From assembly GCA_965262745.1 (NCBI GenBank), contig OZ253558.1, positions 1,090,567 through 1,154,566 of the forward strand: DNA of 64,000 nt, given 5' to 3'. Under the pieces are notes generated by a model. That model was not told the DNA's origin and ran no database searches. It worked only from the letters and a program-made list of their open reading frames with translations. The stretch's first letter is position 1, and each line of letters begins with the position of its first letter. Source of the stretch: Chloroflexota bacterium (GTDB lineage Bacteria; Chloroflexota; UBA11872). Shown one piece after another: positions 48,600 through 57,666 of the stretch. Position numbers and translations under genes: made by a program.

Positions 48600-50615
48600 A
48601 TGGCGATTCCCATGCAGTCCCGCTGGTCGGACGAAGACGCGCGCGGCCTCGACGCCCTCGGACTTCGGGTGTACACCTCCAGGCTCATCGGCGCCGAACC
48701 GGCGTTGGTGCTGCACGGCGGCGGCAACACGTCGGTCAAGCTCGACGACCGCGACCACCGCGGACGTCCCTGCCGCGCGCTGGCGATCAAGGGCAGCGGG
48801 TCCGACCTGCGCACCATCGAAGCCGCGGACTTCGCGCGCCTGCGTCTGGATGACCTCCAGGCATTGCGCCCTCGGACCGAGATGCCGGACGACGACATGG
48901 TGGCCTATCTCGCGCGCAGCGTGCTGGACCCGAATGCCCCGCGCCCGTCGATCGAGACGCTGCTTCACGCCTTCCTGCCCGATGCCTGGGTCGACCACTC
49001 GCACGCCGACGCCGTGCTGGCCCTCACCAACCAGGCCGACGGCCACCGACTCCTGCGCGAGGTCTATGGCGATCGGGTAGCCATCGTGCCCTACGTGCTG
49101 CCCGGCTTCAGCTTGGCGCAGCTCGCCGCCGACGTCTACGCCGCCCACCCCGGCGCCGAGGGTCTGGTGCTCGACATGCACGGCCTCGTCACGTTCGGCG
49201 CGACGGCGCGCGAGTCGTACGAGCGGCACATCGAGTTTGTGACCTTGGCGGAGAAGCGTGTCCAGCCGCACCTGCCGACAAGGGGGAGCGAGCCTGGCGA
49301 TCACGCGGCGGCGGCCAAGCTGGCGCCGGTCCTGCGAGGCGCGCTCTCTACTGCATCGCGGGTCATCGTGCGCTACGACGGGTCGCCTCGGGTGCGCGCG
49401 TTCATCGACCGGCCCGACCTAGAGCAGATCTCGCAGCAAGGCCCGGTCACGCCCGACCACGTGCTGCGCACGAAGCGGCTGCCGCTGGTCCTGCGAACCA
49501 CAGACCCCGACGGCGTCCACGGCGCCGTTGCCGCCTACCGTTCGGCCTACGAGCATTACTTGGATGAGTACGGCGACGCCGCTACACCCCGGCACGATTC
49601 CGCACCACGCGTCATCCTGGTTCCCGGCATCGGCATGCTCACCACCGGCGCCTCGTGGGATGAGGCCGGCATGGTGGCCGACATGTATCGCCACACAATG
49701 GACGTCATCGAGGCCGCCAGCGCCATCGGGTCCTACCGTGCCCTCCCGCCGCACGACCTATATGCCATGGAGTACTGGCCGCTCGAGCTCTACAAGCTCA
49801 CCCGGGCGCCGCCGGAACGAGCCTTGGCGCGCCGGGTCGCGCTGGTCACGGGCGCTGGGCGAGGTATCGGCCGCGCCATCGCCGAGGCGCTTGCCGCGCG
49901 CGGCGCCTACGTGTTCGTCACCGATGTCGACTTCGAGGCCGCATCAGATGTCGCCCAGACCATTGCCGCCCACGGCGATCACGCGCAGGCGCTGCCGCTG
50001 GACGTCACGAGCGAGCACGACACGACGCGAGCCTTCGCCACTGCCGCCGCGCAGACGGGCGGCGTGGACATCGTGGTCTCCAACGCCGGCATCGCGGCCG
50101 CCGCGCCGATTGACGAACTGGCGCTCGACACCTGGCAACGAAGCCTCGACGTCAACGCCACCGGGCACTTTCTCGTGTGCCGCGCCGCGCTGCGCCAGCT
50201 GCGGGCGCAGGGTATTGGCGGAAGCATCGTGCTCGTCTGCACCAAAAACGCGCTCGATCCGGGAGCCGGATTTGGCGCCTACAGCGCCGCGAAGGCGGCG
50301 CAGCTTCAGCTCGGCCGCGTGCTCGCCATAGAAGCGGGACCCGACCGCATTCGCGTCAACATGGTCAACCCTGACGCCGTGTTCGAAAACTCCGGCCTAT
50401 GGGACGCCGACCTGCGCGCCGGGCGCGCGTCAGCGCACGGCGTGGCCGTTGAGGACCTCGAAGCGTTCTACGCGCAGCGGAACCTGCTGCGCCAGCGCGT
50501 CACCGGCCAGGATGTCGCCGAGGCCGTGGCCTTCCTCGCATCGGACCTGGCCGCCAAGACGACCGGCGCCGTGATCCCCGTTGATGGCGGCCTGCGCGGA
50601 GCGTTTCCCCGTTAG
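48600..50615 (+). CDS. Bifunctional class II aldolase/short-chain dehydrogenase (rhamnulose-1-phosphate aldolase/alcohol dehydrogenase-like)
   Basis: The 671-aa ORF has an N-terminal class II aldolase/adducin domain. Its C-terminal SDR domain has TGAGRGIGRA, NAG and a YxxxK-type motif (YSAAKAA). Confidence 0.8.
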   Translation: MAIPMQSRWSDEDARGLDALGLRVYTSRLIGAEPALVLHGGGNTSVKLDDRDHRGRPCRALAIKGSGSDLRTIEAADFARLRLDDLQALRPRTEMPDDDMVAYLARSVLDPNAPRPSIETLLHAFLPDAWVDHSHADAVLALTNQADGHRLLREVYGDRVAIVPYVLPGFSLAQLAADVYAAHPGAEGLVLDMHGLVTFGATARESYERHIEFVTLAEKRVQPHLPTRGSEPGDHAAAAKLAPVLRGALSTASRVIVRYDGSPRVRAFIDRPDLEQISQQGPVTPDHVLRTKRLPLVLRTTDPDGVHGAVAAYRSAYEHYLDEYGDAATPRHDSAPRVILVPGIGMLTTGASWDEAGMVADMYRHTMDVIEAASAIGSYRALPPHDLYAMEYWPLELYKLTRAPPERALARRVALVTGAGRGIGRAIAEALAARGAYVFVTDVDFEAASDVAQTIAAHGDHAQALPLDVTSEHDTTRAFATAAAQTGGVDIVVSNAGIAAAAPIDELALDTWQRSLDVNATGHFLVCRAALRQLRAQGIGGSIVLVCTKNALDPGAGFGAYSAAKAAQLQLGRVLAIEAGPDRIRVNMVNPDAVFENSGLWDADLRAGRASAHGVAVEDLEAFYAQRNLLRQRVTGQDVAEAVAFLASDLAAKTTGAVIPVDGGLRGAFPR

Positions 50616-50818
50616 GTGGTCCTGTAACCGGCGAGGCGCGAAACCTGGCGTCGGCCTGGAGCGACAGCAGTCTGGACCCGTTTCACCAGACAGTCCGGTC
50701 CGCTCTCCCTTGGTGAAAGAAGACTCCGGTCCCCTCTCCATTGATGGCAGAGGAATAGGGTGAGGCTGCCGGATCGCTCAACCCGCCAGCCACTCCCACG
50801 ACCTACGCGGGCCGAACG

Positions 50819-51277
50819 CTAGTGGCCGCAGGCCCCCGCCGTAACTCCGGCCCCGTCGGTGTTGAACGAGCTGCCGCAGCCGCAGGTCGTCTCCGCGTTG
50901 GGATTTCGCACCGAGAATCCGCGGCCCATCATGCTGTCGATGAAGTCGATCTCAGCGCCGGCAATCAAATGCGCCGTATGCCCGTCGATGTAAACGTCAA
51001 TGCCGTTCGACTGCGCCGTGATATCGGTCGGCTCCGGCTCGTGGGCCAGTGCCATCGCGTATTCGTAGCCCGCGCAGCCACCGCCCGTAACTGCGACCTT
51101 GAGCGCGCCCTGTGCGTGCCCGCGCTCCGTCAGGATCTCGCCGAACGCGCGCGCCGCTCGATTGGTGACCGTCACCGGCGAGGGCGGCGGCGGAGCGGCC
51201 ATGGGCAGCCCGAGTCGTTGTTCAGCCGGTCCATCCATCGGCAGAGCGATGCGCTCGTCGGTCTCCACTGCGCTCAT
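50819..51277 (-). CDS. HesB/IscA/ErpA-family iron-sulfur cluster insertion protein
   Basis: It has the three conserved Cys, including the C-terminal CGCGSSF signature. It also carries N- and C-terminal extensions. Confidence 0.7.
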   Translation of the reverse strand: MSAVETDERIALPMDGPAEQRLGLPMAAPPPPSPVTVTNRAARAFGEILTERGHAQGALKVAVTGGGCAGYEYAMALAHEPEPTDITAQSNGIDVYIDGHTAHLIAGAEIDFIDSMMGRGFSVRNPNAETTCGCGSSFNTDGAGVTAGACGH

Positions 51278-51456
51278 CGTGCGTCGTTCCTTACTGGACA
51301 GGTCGTTCGCAGCCTCATTCCGAAGCTAGCACGAGCGCGGCCCCACGGCGAGCCGGGTAGCGAGCCACGCTAGTCCCGTCATTCCCGCGGAAGCAGAAAT
51401 CCAGGCTCAGCTCACCGGCGGATCAAGCGAGCGTCCTGCGCGATCGCCCTCGGTTC

Positions 51457-52593
51457 ATGGGCCGCCCTGCCGCATCCTCAAGTCCAAGTGCCTCACCACC
51501 ACAAACCGCGGCGCCCGTGCACCACTCCAGCGCGGCCGCTGCCTGTGAAATAATCCGCCGCCGCAGTTCCTGCCAAAGGTCGCCCCCCATACTCGCCAGA
51601 TCAGCGCTCCCCTCCGCGCGGCGCCGCGTGCTCGACGCCATCCACCGCGCCCGGCGCCCCCTCGTGCTCTCACACCGAGATCCGGATGCGGACAGCCTCG
51701 GGTCCGCCCTCGCGCTCGGCGGTGCATTCGCCCAGCTGGGCGTCGAGGCCGTGCTCGCGATCCACGCCTCGGAGCGCATCGGGGCGCCGTTGAACGAGCT
51801 GCCCGGGGTCGCCGGCGTGGTTCCCCTGAGCACCGCGCTGGCTACCGCCAACCACGACATCGTGTTTGTCGTCGACACTGCCAGTCCCGCCCTCTTGGGC
51901 GGCGAGCCGGCCACGCGCCTAGCGCTGCTCACCGACCGGCCCGTCGTCAACATCGACCATCACGACTCGAATCAAGGCTACGGCACCATCAACTACGTTG
52001 AGTCCATGGCCGCGGCCACGGCCGAGGTGCTGTGGGGAATCTTGGCGGTCGCCGGCATACCGCTGACCCCAGACATGGCGACCAATCTCCAAGCGGGTCT
52101 CGTCGGCGACACCCTGGGATTTCAGATCGCCGACACCTCGCCCCGGACCCTCCGGGCGGCCGCCAGCCTGCTGGAAGCCGGCGGCGAGACGCATGGCATC
52201 CCACGCCGGGTCCTCAGCGCGCGAACCATGGTGGGCACCCGCCTCTACGGGGCGGCTTTGGCGGCCGCGACGACGTCCGCGGACGGTCGCATCGTGTGGA
52301 CCAGCGTCACCCAAGCCATGGCAGCGTCGGTGGGGGCCAGCGTTCAAAACTCACACGGGCTGCCCAATGCCCTGCAAGAAGTCGTGGGCGCGGAGATCGC
52401 GGCTGTCTTCTATGAAATCGGTGCAGCGACCACCCGCGGAAGTCTGCGCTCCACCGGCCGCCCGATCCAGGAAGTCGCGGAGCATTTCGGTGGCGGCGGC
52501 CATCAGCTCGCGGCCGGCCTCACGATCCAGCAGCCGATCGCGGTCGCGCAGCGGCTGGTGCTCGATCGGCTCAAGCTGCTGCTCGACGCCTGA
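51457..52593 (+). CDS. DHH-family phosphoesterase (NrnA-like oligoribonuclease/pAp phosphatase)
   Basis: The DHH motif reads NIDHHDSNQ, and the C-terminal DHHA1 region has GGGH (FGGGGHQLAAG). The real start is probably downstream of 51457. Confidence 0.7.
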   Translation: MGRPAASSSPSASPPQTAAPVHHSSAAAACEIIRRRSSCQRSPPILARSALPSARRRVLDAIHRARRPLVLSHRDPDADSLGSALALGGAFAQLGVEAVLAIHASERIGAPLNELPGVAGVVPLSTALATANHDIVFVVDTASPALLGGEPATRLALLTDRPVVNIDHHDSNQGYGTINYVESMAAATAEVLWGILAVAGIPLTPDMATNLQAGLVGDTLGFQIADTSPRTLRAAASLLEAGGETHGIPRRVLSARTMVGTRLYGAALAAATTSADGRIVWTSVTQAMAASVGASVQNSHGLPNALQEVVGAEIAAVFYEIGAATTRGSLRSTGRPIQEVAEHFGGGGHQLAAGLTIQQPIAVAQRLVLDRLKLLLDA

Positions 52594-52725
52594 GCGCCGC
52601 CGCGTGAGTGCCGGTGGCGATTGCTAGACTCCTCCGGCGCGCGGCGAAGCTGCCGGCGTTGAATCCGGTCCTGGTATCCGCCCGCAAAACCCTGTGGGTG
52701 GTGGCACGACCCCGAGGCGAGGTCG

Positions 52726-53442
52726 ATGGGCGAACGGCTCTCCCGGCTGGCGCCGACGATCATCGTGGGCGTGGCGGCATTGCTGCTAGCTGCGTGCGGT
52801 GACGCCGACACCGGCAATGTGCCGTCCGTGTCGCCATCCCCATCGCCGCGGACCACCGTGGCGACGACCGTGACCACACCGGCCCCAGTTCTCACGCCAA
52901 CGGCGGCGCCCTCCCCGGTACTGACCCGCCAGGCAATCCCCCAGACGCTGCAAACCCGCAGCGCCACGCCGCTGGCCACCGCAGCTGCCTCGCCTGCCAT
53001 CGCGCCGCCGCTGACGGCTTCGCCCGTCGCCACGCCGGCGCTGACCGCGCCGCCCCCACCCATCACGACGACGCCGACTGCGATCGTCCCCCCGCCCGGC
53101 GCGCGGGCCTCCGTCGGTCGCGTGGCCACCGCGGAGAATGTCGATGGTCTACAGCGGCCGGTGGGTGAGACCAGCACCTTCGAGCCCACGCAGCGGGTCT
53201 ACATCGCGGTCGAATTCATCGACGTGCAGACCGGTGCCGAGCTCGGCTTTTCCTGGCAGGCCGATGGTGGCTGCGCCGGCAGCTACACCCTGCCGCCTCG
53301 GTCGGCGCTGCGGCGTGGCTTCTTTGGCTTCTTCATCGACGAGACCGAATGCATCGGTCGTTACGTGGTGGAAATCCTGGTGGATGGCGTGGCCCATGCC
53401 GAGACCACCTTCGCCGTGGGAGCCGCCCAGCCCATCGGTTGA
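52726..53442 (+). CDS. Secreted lipoprotein of unknown function with a Pro/Thr/Ala-rich linker
   Basis: There is a signal peptide plus lipobox (LLLAACG) followed by a PT-rich linker. The C-terminal domain is of unknown function. Confidence 0.4.
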   Translation: MGERLSRLAPTIIVGVAALLLAACGDADTGNVPSVSPSPSPRTTVATTVTTPAPVLTPTAAPSPVLTRQAIPQTLQTRSATPLATAAASPAIAPPLTASPVATPALTAPPPPITTTPTAIVPPPGARASVGRVATAENVDGLQRPVGETSTFEPTQRVYIAVEFIDVQTGAELGFSWQADGGCAGSYTLPPRSALRRGFFGFFIDETECIGRYVVEILVDGVAHAETTFAVGAAQPIG

Positions 53443-53504
53443 CCCCTGAGGCCGCCGGTGGTTTGCTGCGTACATCCCCGCTCCACGATTGCCCGAGGTG
53501 CCCC

Positions 53505-54611
53505 GTGAAGGTGACCCGCGTTTCCGCCGAGGTCTACGCCAAGCCGCATGACCCGCCGATCACCAACGGCAAGTACACCTACACCCATTCCAAGAACGTC
53601 GTCGTCCGCATTCAGACCGACGAAGGCATCGAAGGTGTCGGCATTTGCGGCGGACTCGGCCTGCCCTCAGGGCGCGACGTGCTGGTCTCCCTGATCGAGA
53701 ACATGTCCGAGGCAGTCATCGGCGAGGACCCCTTCAACGTCGAGCGCATCTGGGACCGCCTCTACCAGCCCAAGATCTTTGGCCGCAAGGGCTTGACCAC
53801 GCGGGCGCTCTCGGCCATCGACATCGCCTTGTGGGATGTCATAGCCCGCGCCGTGGGACAGCCGCTCTACCGGCTTCTCGGCGGCTACACGGACGAAGTG
53901 CGCGCCTACATCGCCGGCGGCTACTACGAGGCCGGCAAGGGCATTCCCGAGCTGCAAGACGAGATGCTCGGCTACGTCGAGCAAGGCGCCAATGCCGTCA
54001 AGATGAAGATCGGCGCGGTGTCGCTGCGCGAGGATGAGCGCCGCGTGGCCGCCGTGCGCGACGCCATCGGCGACGACGTGGACCTGCTCGTCGACGCCAA
54101 CAACGCGTATGTCGCGGCCGACGCCGTGCGCATGGCGCGCATCCTCGAGACCTACAACGCCTTCTGGTTCGAAGAACCCGTCTCGCCCGACAACATGCGG
54201 GGCAGCGCCGCCGTCGCCAACGCCTCCAGCGTGCCCGTCGCCGCCGGCGAGAACGAGTACACCCGCTGGGGCTTTCGCGAGCTGTTTGAGACCGACGCCG
54301 TGCGCATCGCCAATCCCGACGCCATGGTGCTGGGCGGCGTGACCGAGTACCGCCGCGTGGCCGCGCTGGCCGCGGCCTACGAGATCCCCATCGCGCCGCA
54401 CGGCCTGCAGGAGATTCACATCCACCTGCTCGCCGCGTTCCCCCTCCCGCTCATCCTCGAGTTCTACAACCCGAACGTCGCCGGCCTCAACGAGGTCATG
54501 TTCCACGAGAAGCTCGAGTTGACCGACCGGGGCACCGTGATGCTGCCGCAGGGACCTGGCCTGGGCGTCGAGTTCAACTGGGAAGCCCTCCAGCAGTACC
54601 GCGAGGAATAG
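53505..54611 (+). CDS. Mandelate racemase/muconate lactonizing enzyme-family (enolase superfamily) protein
   Basis: The metal-ligand and catalytic blocks are KMKIG, LLVDANNAY and FEEP. The start is called at GTG 53505, which fits the family N-terminus better than the long ATG ORF from 53349. Confidence 0.75.
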   Translation: MKVTRVSAEVYAKPHDPPITNGKYTYTHSKNVVVRIQTDEGIEGVGICGGLGLPSGRDVLVSLIENMSEAVIGEDPFNVERIWDRLYQPKIFGRKGLTTRALSAIDIALWDVIARAVGQPLYRLLGGYTDEVRAYIAGGYYEAGKGIPELQDEMLGYVEQGANAVKMKIGAVSLREDERRVAAVRDAIGDDVDLLVDANNAYVAADAVRMARILETYNAFWFEEPVSPDNMRGSAAVANASSVPVAAGENEYTRWGFRELFETDAVRIANPDAMVLGGVTEYRRVAALAAAYEIPIAPHGLQEIHIHLLAAFPLPLILEFYNPNVAGLNEVMFHEKLELTDRGTVMLPQGPGLGVEFNWEALQQYREE

Positions 54612-54649
54612 CGCTGGGAGGGCTCGCATCCGCGTCCTGCGACCGCGCT

Positions 54650-54678
54650 TTCGTAGGGACGGTTCGCGAAGCGCCCTG
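54650..54678. repeat. REP-like palindromic element
   Basis: The unit reads gtagggacggttcgcgaagcgccc in an intergenic spacer. Confidence 0.6.
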
Positions 54679-54778
54679 CCCCAATCGCTCGTAGCCGGGC
54701 GTATCGAGCGCGATCTCCCGTTCGACCACGCGCCAGCCGTGTGGAACTATCGCGCAGTTCGATTCCGCTGCGAGTGCA

Positions 54779-55579
54779 ATGCGACCAAACAAACTGCGAG
54801 AACTGCTCAACACCGGCCAGCCCTCGGTCGGCACCCACATCTTGACCTCCTGGCCGGGCGTCGTGGAGCTCGCCGGACAGACCGGCGTCCTCGACTACGT
54901 GGAATTCGTCGGCGAGTACGCGCCCTACGACCTCTACGCGCTCGAGAACCTCGGACGCGCGGTCGAGCTGTTCGATCACCTCAGCGCCATGATGAAGATC
55001 GAGCAAGAACCCCGCACCTTCCTCGCCATTCGTGCCATCGGCTCGGGCATTCAGAATGTCCTCTTTGCCGATGTGCACTCACCGGCCGAGGCTGCGGACT
55101 GCGTGGCCGCGGTGCGCGCCGAGACTCCCTCCACCGGCGGACGCCACGGGGCCGGCGCCCGCCGCGACGTGGGCTATGGCTGGGAAAATGCCGGCGGCGG
55201 CAAGGCTTTTGTGCAGGCCCTTGAAGATTCCGTGGTGGCGCTGATGATCGAGAAAGACGGCGCCGTCAGGGACATCGAGAACATTCTTGCGGTCAAGGGC
55301 GTCGACATGCTGCAGTTCGGACCCGCGGACTACGCCATGAGCATCGATTTGCCCGGTGACTACTGGCATCCGCGCTGCCGCGCGGCGGAGGAGCACGTGA
55401 TCAAGACCGCGCTCGCCATGGGCAAGCATCCGCGCGCCGAGATCACCACGCCGGATGAAGCCAAGTACTACCTCGACCAGGGCGTGCGCCATTTCTCGAT
55501 CGGCACCGACGTCCAGATTCTGCGCGACTGGTGGCAGCAGAGCGCCGAGGGCGTACGGGACGCCATCGCCGGGCACTAG
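54779..55579 (+). CDS. HpcH/HpaI-family aldolase (2-keto-3-deoxy acid aldolase)
   Basis: The 266-aa ORF has a TIM-barrel aldolase core, with LAIRAIGSG and VALMIEK blocks. Confidence 0.7.
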   Translation: MRPNKLRELLNTGQPSVGTHILTSWPGVVELAGQTGVLDYVEFVGEYAPYDLYALENLGRAVELFDHLSAMMKIEQEPRTFLAIRAIGSGIQNVLFADVHSPAEAADCVAAVRAETPSTGGRHGAGARRDVGYGWENAGGGKAFVQALEDSVVALMIEKDGAVRDIENILAVKGVDMLQFGPADYAMSIDLPGDYWHPRCRAAEEHVIKTALAMGKHPRAEITTPDEAKYYLDQGVRHFSIGTDVQILRDWWQQSAEGVRDAIAGH

Positions 55580-55594
55580 CTCCCGGCAGGCTCC

Positions 55595-56236
55595 ATGCAC
55601 GCCGTCGTCGCGCTCGGCGGTGACGCCGATCCAACCCACGTTCGCCGGGCGCTCGCGCGCGCAAAACTGGTCATCGCCGCGGATGGCGGCGCAGCGCACG
55701 TCGAGGCCGCCGGCGGCGTGTGCGACGTGATCGTCGGCGATATGGATTCGGTGTGTCCGGAGACGCTGGACCAAGCGCGCAACGCCGGCGCGGACATCCG
55801 CGACTTTCCCACCGCCAAGGACGCAACCGACGGCGAGCTGGCGCTCCAAGAAGCCGTGAGCCGCGGAGCGACGTCCATCACCATCGTGGGCGCGCTCGGA
55901 GGCCCGCGCGTGGATCACCTGCTGGCCAACGTCGCGCTGCTAGCGCACCCCAGCCTCCGCCGCCTGGACACCGTGATCGAGGACGCCTCGCAACGGCTCT
56001 GGCTGGTGACCAAATCTTCAACCTGGCGCGGCGAGGTCGCCGACCGCGTCACGCTGCTGGCCGTCGCCGGCGACGCGCACGGCGTGACCACCCAGGGTCT
56101 GCGCTATGCCCTGCGCGACGGCACGCTCCGGCACGGCTCCAGCCTCGGCGTCAGCAACGAGATGACCGCCCCGCGGGCCGAGCTCTCCGTCGCCCGCGGC
56201 TCGGTCCTCGTCATCCACCAACGGCAATCCGGGTAG
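55595..56236 (+). CDS. Thiamine pyrophosphokinase
   Basis: The family signatures are VIAADGGA and VIVGDMDS, and the 213-aa length fits. Confidence 0.7.
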   Translation: MHAVVALGGDADPTHVRRALARAKLVIAADGGAAHVEAAGGVCDVIVGDMDSVCPETLDQARNAGADIRDFPTAKDATDGELALQEAVSRGATSITIVGALGGPRVDHLLANVALLAHPSLRRLDTVIEDASQRLWLVTKSSTWRGEVADRVTLLAVAGDAHGVTTQGLRYALRDGTLRHGSSLGVSNEMTAPRAELSVARGSVLVIHQRQSG

Positions 56237-56288
56237 GGACGGTTCGCGCAGCGCAATCCGGGTAGGGGCGATTCGCGAATCGCCCTCT
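56228..56288. repeat. Two tandem REP-like palindromic elements
   Basis: The units are gggtagggacggttcgcgcagcgc and gggtaggggcgattcgcgaatcgccc. The core gggcgattcgcgaatcgccc is a perfect 20-nt palindrome. Confidence 0.65.
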
Positions 56289-56653
56289 CCACGGCGCCCG
56301 CCGCCTACGAGATGCCCCGCCGCCCACGCTCTACCCGGTGTCCCACGCTGCGTGCAGCGTGGGACCGGCCACGGTCCAACATCCCAGTCGACGTGCCGCC
56401 CAGGAATACCACCAAAAAGCCATTCCCAACCTCACCTGCCCTTCCAGATCCTTATGTCAAGCCAAACGCAGTGAGGAATCTAAGACCTTCGTCTCCAGAC
56501 GCAAGCAGTGAACCTCCGGCGGCCCCAACCTGGCCCACCGCGGACCACGCAAGCATGAATGCGCCGAAAGAAAAGTCTGAGGCCGCAAAGTGCGGTGTAG
56601 AATCTGGTGCCGGCGGGCAATGGCGCCCGGCCAGGTGAATCTGGAGGCCGCAT

Positions 56654-56983
56654 ATGGGATCCAGGAAACAGGTCCTCATTGGGACCGCAGTGCTCTTCGC
56701 CGCCGTTGTCGCGACGCTCCTCGGGATATGGCTTTGGCTGCTGGTGTCGCCCATACCAGCGTCTACCGAGGCCGTGGCGATCCCCAACGGCACCACGACG
56801 ACCTTTCGTCCAGAGATCGCCGCGGAAAACTTCGCCGCTGGGATTGCAACCACGCTTGTCGCCGTGGTCTACATCAGCGCTGTCGCGGCCGTCCTATGGT
56901 TCATGCTCACCGTAGCTTGGCGGGCCTTTGCATATCTAGGGCATCGGAACCGGGAGTACGAACAGCGGCGTACGGGCGCCTGA
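56654..56983 (+). CDS. Small hypothetical membrane protein
   Basis: The 109-aa ORF has three predicted hydrophobic helices. I recognise no family. Confidence 0.3.
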   Translation: MGSRKQVLIGTAVLFAAVVATLLGIWLWLLVSPIPASTEAVAIPNGTTTTFRPEIAAENFAAGIATTLVAVVYISAVAAVLWFMLTVAWRAFAYLGHRNREYEQRRTGA

Positions 56984-57038
56984 CGAGGGTCTAAGGCAGT
57001 CGAGACTCGGCACCGGTCAGTCCAGGGCCGCCCGCCCC

Positions 57039-57404
57039 TCAGTTCGCCGACGGCTCCCCCGCCAGCATGCTCTCGCGGACCGTCGACGCATCCGCAGGCA
57101 GATCGGGGTCACCGTGGTAGCTCTGTTCCCGATAGCTCATCGACGTCCGCGACAGCCAGGCCAGCCGCGCGCGCCACTGCCCGCCGCCACCGCCGTTCTT
57201 GAGCTGCCGCAGCACCTCCAGGCGGGCCTCGGCCCGAGCTCGCAGAAAGGCGCATGCAAACTCGTCGTCGACGCGAATCCAGTTCCGCAGCGTATGACGC
57301 GTGACGCCTGCCAGCGCCGCGCAATCCTGCAGCGTCAAGCCGTCGCCGGCCGCCGCCACCAAGCGGCGGCGCACCGTCGGAGTGAGTTTCGTTGGTCGAG
57401 CCAT
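57039..57404 (-). CDS. Helix-turn-helix DNA-binding protein (terminase-small-subunit/transposase-OrfA-like HTH)
   Basis: The HTH reads LTLQDCAALAGVTRHTLRNWIR. The upstream region is lower in GC. Confidence 0.4.
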   Translation of the reverse strand: MARPTKLTPTVRRRLVAAAGDGLTLQDCAALAGVTRHTLRNWIRVDDEFACAFLRARAEARLEVLRQLKNGGGGGQWRARLAWLSRTSMSYREQSYHGDPDLPADASTVRESMLAGEPSAN

Positions 57405-57666
57405 GCGTTACTATTGTAACTACAGATTCCCTCTTGTTCCAAACCCACTTTCCCGGCCCGGCAGGTATTTCGACGACGAAGTTAAACCCCGAACAGGCAA
57501 AAAAACTGCCACCACGCACGAACAACCCTCACCGGAAATGCCTATCACCCGCCACGTCTGGACTGTCCGGGGACTAGCGCTCGCCCCACGCCCCGCGGGA
57601 TTCGGCCCTAGCAGCCCATAGACTTGAGCGGGGGAGGCACGGGGTCCCGCCCGGCCAGGAGCACGC

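Noticed and set aside
50690-50760. Imperfect 30-bp tandem (ccggtccgctctcccttggtgaaagaagact / ccggtcccctctccattgatggcagaggaat) between the aldolase/SDR and iscA-like genes
   Set aside because: It occurs only twice and is weakly conserved. It could be a small regulatory element, but there is nothing to support a specific call.
56290-56650. About 400-bp spacer after the thiamine pyrophosphokinase gene, a candidate TPP riboswitch or sRNA
   Set aside because: I found no match to the TPP-riboswitch core (CUGAGA / ACCUGAUCUGGAUAAUGCCAGCG-like). Only the REP-like hairpins are evident.
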